DNA from: Candidatus Omnitrophota bacterium
GTDB lineage: Bacteria > Omnitrophota > Gorgyraeia > Gygaellales > Profunditerraquicolaceae
NCBI GenBank assembly: GCA_030650425.1
Contig: JAUSED010000005.1
Coordinates: 78,932-142,931 of the forward strand
Direction of reading: 5' to 3'
DNA length: 64,000 nt
Shown here: one piece after another, positions 54,201 through 63,200 of the stretch
How positions within the stretch are numbered: the first letter of the stretch is position 1
Layout: the number at the start of each line of letters is the position of its first letter
Notes under the pieces: model-generated
Database searches by the model: none
Seen by the model: the letters and a program-made list of their open reading frames with translations, nothing else
Told to the model about the DNA's origin: nothing
Translations under genes and position numbers: made by a program

Positions 54201-57200
54201 TTTTGGCAGCCTTTGGTTAGCTGGCTGGAAACTATTTTGAAATCAGGGGCAATATCCAAGGAGGATATTGAATTAGTTAATCTTGTTAGTACAAATGAAG
54301 AGATAATGAAGATTATCGCCGCATCTTCGGTTTTAGGCGAGCAAGCGCGGGATTCGAGCGAATATCGTTTAAGTTCGCCTGTGAACGAATCCTGCGTAGG
54401 CCAACCCTTAGACAGACCCTCTCAAATTAGTAATGTAGACACTTTACACAACTCATCGCCTGTCAAGCAATTAGGAAAGAAAATGCTTCTGCGGTTAGAT
54501 ACCGATAAAAAGTATTCGAGCTCTCCGGCAATAATAGAAGAGATAGCCGCGGCAATTACAGATTCGCTCAAGCTGACTGATTACTCTGGTTCGCCGTTGT
54601 TCTCCTATACTTTCTGTTTCCCTGCCACAATACGTGGCGGAAGCTCGTCTATGTCCGTTTCACCTGTAACTTATGTAGCCTTGGTGGTTTTATATTCATC
54701 TACCTCGTTTTTGATAACAGAAGGAGCAGGATTATTAGTAAACCAGCTTTTTCTAATTCCGCAAATTATTTGCGCTCCGCCAATAGTAAAATATGCAACT
54801 AAGCCCGTTTCCTCGCCGGTAGGGGCTGTTGGCTTCAGCTCGCCGGTGGAAAAAACAGTTGGAGCGACGGTGGTGACGCGAGGCGCCGCCTCGCCGCTTG
54901 GTGAATGGTCAAGTGATAATCTTAGGCAGCAACTTAAGCAGATTGAAGGGAATGTTTTGAATTTGCTGAAGAAATATTCTTTGCCAGAGTTTACGGATAT
55001 TGTTTTACATCCTGTCGCGTATCGTTCTTTAATCACGTGGTTAAACGCAGTCATCAAAAGCCGTGAAGATATACAAGATTTCAAAAAAATGCTGCAGAGA
55101 ATGGAAAAAGACTTTCTGGGGAGTATTTCCGGATTTGTTGCTATAATTTCTCCTGAAGAAAGAAAATCTTTAGTAGAATCTTTAGAATCCTTTAAGCGGA
55201 AGGCAAACGATAAGTTAAATGGTTTTATTACTGAAGCAAGAGAGCTGTATGGAAGGTTTTTGAAGTTGACGCAGCGGGATTTAGAAAATCGTTTTCCGGG
55301 AGAAACTACTCTTATTCTCTTACGGATAATGAGGACAGAGCCTATTAACCGTGAGTGGAATAGGGTTAGGGAAAATGAACATTTCACTTTAGATCCGTAT
55401 CATGGCTATACAAAATTAGACTGGAGAGTGATTATTGTTGCGCAAGTGCCTTTCGGGAGAATCAAAACAACCCCATGGGTATTGGAATCAAGTAAGACTG
55501 AAGAAGAATTTATTGTTTCCGGAGGCCTTCTAAACGTTGTCCAAACCTTTGATAAAAAAGATAAATGGATTAAGTGGAGAGAAGCAAACAAGGATTATTT
55601 TTATGCCAAGCTAAACTCGGCTTCTTCGCCAATCCTAGAAAATAATCAAAGTCTTCTCGTAGCTGGACGAAGTCCTATCAAATTTATTGGCTTAAGCTTG
55701 CCTGTGGAGGGAAAGCTTAAAGAGGTTTTCCTCTATGATAAGCTAGAAGAGAAACTGGTGCCGGTAGAGGCCAAAATCCTTGATACTCAGGACCCTGAAT
55801 TCAACGGTTTTCAGGATGCTGTAAGGGAGTGGTTAGCCTATTCTAGGGATGGTTATGCTATTGATAAAGCTAAAGACCCTCTAACCGGAGAAATTATTAC
55901 TATTCCTCATATCCGTCCTCTTGCCAGCCAAATTATCCAGAATGGAATCACTACTAAAGAGCACTTTATCGTTTTTAAGACAGCCGAGCAGGGAATTATT
56001 GCCTTTGTTCGCCTAAAGTTAAGGCCGCGCAGTATCCTTGGTGCCGGGTTTATTGTTTCTCCGGTTATCCGGCAAGTTAAACGTTACGATACGGAAACTC
56101 TCTTAATGGCCGTGATTCAGTCAATCATCGAATTTAGCCTTCAACAATTGGGCAGGGTAAGGGTGTGGGCGGATCCAGCTAACCGAAAGATGCTGGATTA
56201 TATTTTGCTATTTGGGCCGATAAGAAGACAAGGAAAATTCCTGGTAACGGACGAGGCCGCGCGAAGAATTCTGTGGTACATCCGTAAAAAGATGGCAGAT
56301 TATACCGCAACTTTAGCTGAGCCGGAAGAGAAAAAGTTGGATGGTTCTATTTCCGGCGCCTCCTCGCCGCTGGATTTAACGGTTGGCTTAAGTATTATCA
56401 TCTCCTATGCCTTATTAGTTCCGGTATTTGATTTATACCTGCGTAGGACTATTCAGCGTAAGACCATAGAAGAATTTAAGAAATTCCCATATCCTGTTTG
56501 GATTATGACATTCGCTTTTCTATTATTAGCATGGAAATTCCCGCCGTTGCACAATATTATTTTTTACCTCACCGCATTTTGTCCCGGCATTTTCCTTTCT
56601 TTGATAACGACACTTTCTTTGGCGACTATTTTTAGCCACCGAAAGACCAAGAAAATCATTATACCTTATTATTTATTGCGGGAAGAAGTGAATTATATGT
56701 GGAGACTATATGTCGTTAATATGAAGATTATTGAAGCCGTTGATATCTTTTTCTCAGCTGTGGCAGTCGCCTTCTTTAGTTATTATACCCATGCAACAGC
56801 TTATTTCATACTAGTAATGCTTCTAAAAAGAGCCGGAGTTCTATATCTAGCCCGAGGGCTCACTAAGGAATTTTCTTTAGAGCTTGAAGAGAGATACGAT
56901 GGGGGCAGGGACTTTATAAAAAAGTTTATCACAACAGAGCAGTTATTAGGAACAGATATTGCGCTTAGAGCAAAGGGGGAGCATAAGATAAGCTATAATT
57001 GCCCGCGGCCAATAGCTTTTGCGTTTAGTTATAAAGGATTAGTTCTGTATTTAGAGGAACCGTATCTTGCTTATTATTTATACCCTTGGTTTATGCCTGT
57101 AGTCAGAGTGATTCAAGAGATCTCCGGCTGGAGAAAGGCAAGAGACCGCGCGAAAGATTCTCTTCCGCAAAGCGAAGCAGCTTGCGGCGGATTAATTCCG

Positions 57201-60200
57201 CAGCGTATTGAGTATAGAGATGGGGCCGCCTTGCCGCCGGGATCGCATATCGTCGTCTACGAGGAGAATGGGAATGTAGACGTTGTATATAGCCCATTGT
57301 TTAACAAAGGGTTACAAAACAAATCTTTAGGATATCAAGATGGCCCCGCCGCCGGCACTGAGCCTAATCGAAGCGCCTCGCCGGTTTCAGGAGAGACAGA
57401 ATTATCTTCGGCTTCCGCATGCCTTAGCCCCGCTAAATCCCGCGATAGCCCTAAGGGGAATAAATTCTTAACCTTAACTTCTGCTTTTCTTATTTTTCTT
57501 ACCTCCTTCCATCTTTACCTTAGTCCTTTGCGGGCCTATGCTAACCTTAAGGTTAATCTAAGCGTAATCACGCCCCAAGCGTCACAAGAGCGCCAAGAAA
57601 CCGAAGAGCTTTATAATCAGGCAAGCAGGCATCTAAAGAATCAAAAATACCAAGAAGCGCTGGATCTGTATATAAAGTTAATTAAGCTAGCGCCCAATTA
57701 TATAGATGCCTACATTGACAGGGCCTATCTTTATATCCACCTTGCTCAAGAAGCAAAACAAACAGGTAAAGATACAAAAGGCCTTAGGAAGAACAGAGAC
57801 AATGCAATGTTGGATTTAAAGAAGGCTGAGGCGCTTACTTTAAAGGCCATAAAAGAGAAATACTTTACTAAAGAAGAAGGCAATTTGGTATTTGCCTCAA
57901 TCTATAATCACTACGGATTATTTTATTATCACCTTGAAGGTGATTACAAGAAAGCAGTTAGTTATTTTGAGCAGGCCATAGGCTTAGAGCCGGATAACCC
58001 GATAAATCATAATGATTTAGGGGGAGCCTATTTTAAGTTAGGTAAATACGGCCTTGCCGAAGAGGCATATACTAAGGCAATTGATAAAGCAAAAGCCGCC
58101 AAAGACAATTACGCGGGTTCCCGCATTTACGCAAACCGCGCATTCTTAAGGTTTAAACTCGATAGATATAAGGCGGCAAAGCAAGACATACAGGAAGCCA
58201 CTAGTTTAAATCCCAATTTAAAGAATGATAATAATATCCAAAATTTATTAAAGGAGATTGAATTGAAACTTCAAGAGCGAGAAGGGGTTATTGATTTGTC
58301 TTATCTAAAACTCAATAACTCCAATATCCTTCAGCAGGCTTCCTCGCCGGTTTCGGAGAATAGAAGGGGACAGTTCTATCGTAACTGTTCATCGGCTATG
58401 GAGATAGACAGAGACGGTCTGGAGGATTCTAAGGAAGCGCTTATCGCGCCTTTGCAACATCCCTTAGGCAGGCATTTATATATAGGTACTGATGAGGAGC
58501 GAGACTTATCTAAATGCAGGCAATTGTTATTTGCAGCTTGTCTTGAACTTAGGATATGGAAGAAGCGATATTATTTTGAGCAAGTTGAAAACAGGATATG
58601 CAAGGATCCTTCGTTTCGGACAAAAATAGGCCTTATTGTCTTATTGCGCGATATCCTGCTTAATTATGACGCTTCTAACGTAACGGTTGCTTTTGTAGAC
58701 AGGCTTGAGGGTATTCCGGAAGAACTGATATCGTTCCTTTTAGATGACGAGATCTTATCAGCTTATTTGAATTATCAAGATGAACTTCGAAAATATAAAT
58801 ACATGGATGATAGGGCTATCGAAACTGGCTTTTTCCCATTTTATTATCTATGGTCAGCGTATAAACGCGGGGAAATGCGTGATGCCAAAGAACTCAAAGA
58901 GAGAGTTGTTAGCATCCTTAAGGGTTTTGGCTATGATAAAGCATTCTTCAAGCTCCTAAATGACTTAGCGCATAAGAAAAAGGCGGATTTTAGCCTTGAT
59001 AGCGGCGCAGACGAATTGCGGGTTTTCTTTAGGGCCTTATCCCGTAAAGATATCGTTGAGATTTTTAGACAGACCTTATCAACTCAGATTCTGCCTTCTG
59101 TTAAAAGGCATAGAGCTTCATCTGTAATACAAGGTACCGCCTCGCCGCTGAAGGAAATTGGATCAGAAACCCAAAGAGAAGCAGCCAGGGGAATGATGGT
59201 CATTGAATTGCCCGTGGATGCCGACTTGGGCGAGATCATAAATCACAAAATTGTATATGTTAAGAATGACGGGAATATTAGCACGATTAATGAAGGAAAT
59301 ACAATTAAACTACTACATCCTGATGGGCTAGAATGGAATCTTAGCTGCAAGGTAAGGGATTATCTAAGAGCTACATTTAGCTTAGATTACTCTCTCCTAG
59401 GATTAAAACCTCATCCCTCAACACTTGGAGCGATATGGGCAATGGAAAGGTATCCTACCAATAATCAGCAAGTCCTTGACGCGGGTTGCGGTGAAGGGGT
59501 TTTCACGATTTTGGCGGCTAATTTAGGAGCGAGTAAGGTTATAGGCGTTGATTTAAAAGATTTCATTATTGGACTCGCAAGAAGAAATGCTGAATTAAAT
59601 CGCTTAACTCATATTATTGAATATCACAAACAGGATTTCACAAAACCGTTACAACTATCTGTAAATAACATCAAGTTTGACAAGATCATAACTAATATAC
59701 CCTGTGGTTATACTTATATGGTTCCATCTTTATTGAGGCTTTATCCGGAAGTCAAAACCTTTATTTGGGCAGGTGATTACGTTCATCAAGAAGGCCGCGA
59801 GTATATCGTGGAGGGATCAGAAGAATATATTAGGGAGATTCAGGCATTAGGATTTCGATTCGTAGAAAAATTGATTATTCCTCAAAGAGGTTTGTTTTAT
59901 CCAGAAATTATTATTTGGAAGTGGGTGACATATATCTTAAAGCGGGAAATTAACGAAGCAGGCGCCGCCTCGCCGCTGGGGAAAAATGATCAAAATATCC
60001 TTATCCCTGAAATTATTTCTGAAGCTATTGCAGAAGAAGTTCAAAGAATGCCGGCTTGGGAACTTTTATCTGTTTTAGATCTCAAAAAGGCCAAGCTACT
60101 TTTTACTAAAAGCGGTCCTAGAGAGCTTACTGTCCACAAGATTAAAGTGCCAAAGCTTGTAAATAAGTATAAAGCGCCAGAGGGTTTAAGTATTCTGCCG

Positions 60201-63200
60201 TATGAACTTTTTGATACGACAGAATTTGAACTTTTATACAATAAAAAAGGATACCTTATCGCGATTTATCCGGTTCTCCCAAACGGATTCCTGATTAAAT
60301 CTGGCGAACGACTCCCTCACTATTTTGATTTTAGTGAATATTATTTTAAAATTCCGGAATTCGGTGATCCGAAAATGATTGAAAAATGGGATGCCTTCGT
60401 AAAGGATGTCGGCAGAGATCGGGAAGCAATACAGGCTTATGAGGATTTAATCGGGATAAAGGGTAAGCTTGAAAGGCGCCCGCGTTGGGTACCTTACATC
60501 TACGCAAATCTTGATTATCGGGATAATTTTCCATTTGCTCGGGCTTTTTACATTGAGATGTTTAGCCGTTTGATTAAAAAAGATGAAATCTCGAATAAAA
60601 TCTCTAGAGACATAATCCGGTCTATTCTTCCTGTTTTTCCGACTGTTTACCATCCGGGATCCCATTTATTGGATGATTGGAAATACATTTTAGCTGTTAC
60701 CAGGCGTCTTGATATCCAAAAAGACCATGATATTTTGGTTGTTGGCCCGGGGAATGGCCTTGACACTTGGTTTGTTTCTCGGCAAACAAGGCGGAAAATT
60801 TATGTTGCGGGAATTAATCCTTTGGAAGTTGCCAATACCAGGGCTGTCGCAAAAATTGCCGGGTTTAAGATAGAAGCCAGGATTTACGACAACATTATTT
60901 CTAAAGACGGCGTGACTGTCTTTAATAAGAGATTTGATCGGATTATCTGGAATATGCCCACATATTATCCGGTTGCCCCTAGAATCCGGGAAAGCCTTGA
61001 AGAATGGGAAGATAATGATTACGACGGTATGATCTTAAGGCGTTTTGCCGGAGGCCTTCCATTACTTCTTAAACCAAATGGAATTGCTTTGGTTTGGAAT
61101 TCCGCTGCCGGAAAACTTTTAGATGAGGTTGAAGAAATCTTAAAAGCAAGAGGAGCGCTAGATGTGGCAGTCGAAAAATACCCGGGTATGACGTATTTAG
61201 CCAATATCGAAATGGGCACGGAAACCATTCCTACCGCGCTTTACTTTATCCGCAAGGGAAAAAATCCGGATGCAGCAAGCGCCTATTGTGTCAGTTCGCC
61301 GCTGAAAGAAATAGTTGGAGCGACGGTGGTGACGCGAGGCGCCGCCTCGCCGGTTTCGGGGGGAATATTCCTAACTATATTATGGCCTAAAGACGGTAAT
61401 ATCTTTAATGCGCTCAAAATCTCTGTCATTAGTAGCGATATTCCTAATCTTGCGGATTCTCATAAGAGCAAGATTGAGGGCATCGTTTGTCAACAAGCCG
61501 GATTGCTTAATGATCAATTGGGCAGTATCAAAGACACTTTCATTCAGCGGCCATATCTTGATGTTCAGTTTAGGGATACTATTTATGGCTATATGACACT
61601 TACTGAGTTCTTTGGTTATTTGCGGATGGGATTTAAGGTAGGAGACAGCTTTATGGGAGGATATATTGTAGATTTCTATGGTTTCGGCAATCATAAGACG
61701 ATGCAGAAGCTCAGCGACTACAATAACAGAAGTATAAGCAATTATTTCTTTTTGCTCGCAGCGCTGAAGAAAATTGGTGGCGTTATCATTGATGCCCAGA
61801 AAGTGGTATATAAATATATTGGAGTCAACGAAGATTTTTTTACCGGATTTGACTTTGGCGAGCATCTAATTATTCAAAGGGCTAAAGTTAGGGGATTCAG
61901 CAAGTATCTTAGCAATGCCGCGTTTAATATGTATGATAGCGCGAGTAACTTCAGTGGTGGTTTTAGGCAACTCAAACCTTATTTCTATCCTCTGATGTTC
62001 GGCAAGGGGAACCTTGGAGAGCGGGCGAATGACCCCTCGTTCATAAATTCCCAGTATAGTCTTAGTCATATTTTTTCTCCTTCTAAAAAAGTATACCACG
62101 CTCTTAACGGGGTTGTCAAGAATATTAGTCTTGCCGCCTCGCCGATAAGGATCTCTCCATTTCTCAGTGACATATTTAGAATGTTTCATATGTTTGAGGT
62201 AAATGAATCTATTTTAAGCGAAGACGGGAAAGAGGCGCAGCAGTGGGTTAAGAAAATCATTGGCACAATGCAGAGGCCCCCTGTCGGCCTTATTACAAAT
62301 AATAATGCAGAAAAGCTCATAGCGCTTATGCCTAATCCACGGAAAATATCTCTCGGTGGTTGGTTTGATCTTAGCAGCCTCAATTTTGGAAGCGATGATG
62401 AATTTGGCTTTGGTTGTTTAAGGCCTTGCCCGCATTGTTCAGAAGGGAATACAAGAGCGCGGGTAACAAATCGCACGCTGCCGCCTGCAATAAAGCTTAT
62501 TGAAGAGATGCGCAAGGAAGGCCAGCAAGATACGTTAAGAGGCCTGAAAACTTATCCCGGAAGGTTTCTGATCCAAGGGTGGAATAACACCGACCTTTTC
62601 TATTGGTGTGATCCTTTCTTTAGAGTCTATTTAGACGGCCTTATTGAATTTATCGCGCGTCATTACAAAGATAGAAAATTCCGCCTGCGGATAGCCACAA
62701 TCGGCCCAAACATAGATGACTGGCGCGCATTTATCGTAGCAAAGAGTATTGACAATCTGGTGCTTCAATATCCTGAGTTAAGAAATAATATATTTAGTCT
62801 ATCCTTGCATTTGGCCTTATTTAGCACCAGAGGGTTTGATTATAATACTATCTCTGCTTTGTATGAGCGCAAGATAAATCCACAGCGGCTGGCTAAGGTT
62901 ATAGATAACTATGTGGCCCGCTACGCAGCTATTATTGGCGTTCTCAAGAATACGCTAAGAACGGTCAAAGTATTTCTGTCAAATGAAAGCAGTGAATTTG
63001 ACTCTCTTACGCTTACTGTATTAGATAGGGTCTTAGAGAGGGTCAATATCAGTGGTGGCTTAAAACAGAAGATTATTGATGGAGTAGCTGCAAGAGAACT
63101 AAACAGTGATGTAATGACCCCGTACGGCTTTACTGTAAAAAGCGCTAACATTACGCCATCCGGCCACCGGGGGTTTGATTTTGTAATTGGGTTATTCAAG

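Noticed and set aside
54671-55387. 238-aa minus-strand ORF; other long minus ORFs include 45410-45922, 39053-39532, 43928-44371, 15629-16069, 48941-49378, 18881-19288 and 7160-7552.
   Set aside because: All lie in the antisense frame that is offset from the giant ORF (ends congruent to 1 mod 3), have low-complexity S/L/K-rich translations with no recognisable motifs, and are the expected spurious antisense ORFs of a long gene. Only 61380-62069 is in registry and has homology plus expression signals.
61866-62189. Full 107-aa version of the antitoxin ORF starting at the ATG at 62187-62189.
   Set aside because: The N-terminal 40 residues (MKHSKYVTEKWRDPYRRGGK...) have no antitoxin similarity and no SD. 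The internal Met at 62067-62069 has AAGGAG-N7 and a promoter just upstream, so the shorter 67-aa product is preferred.
62186-62515. Minus-strand 109-aa ORF adjacent to the TA cassette, as a possible third operon gene.
   Set aside because: It is in a different frame, lies upstream of the promoter, and its translation shows no recognisable fold.
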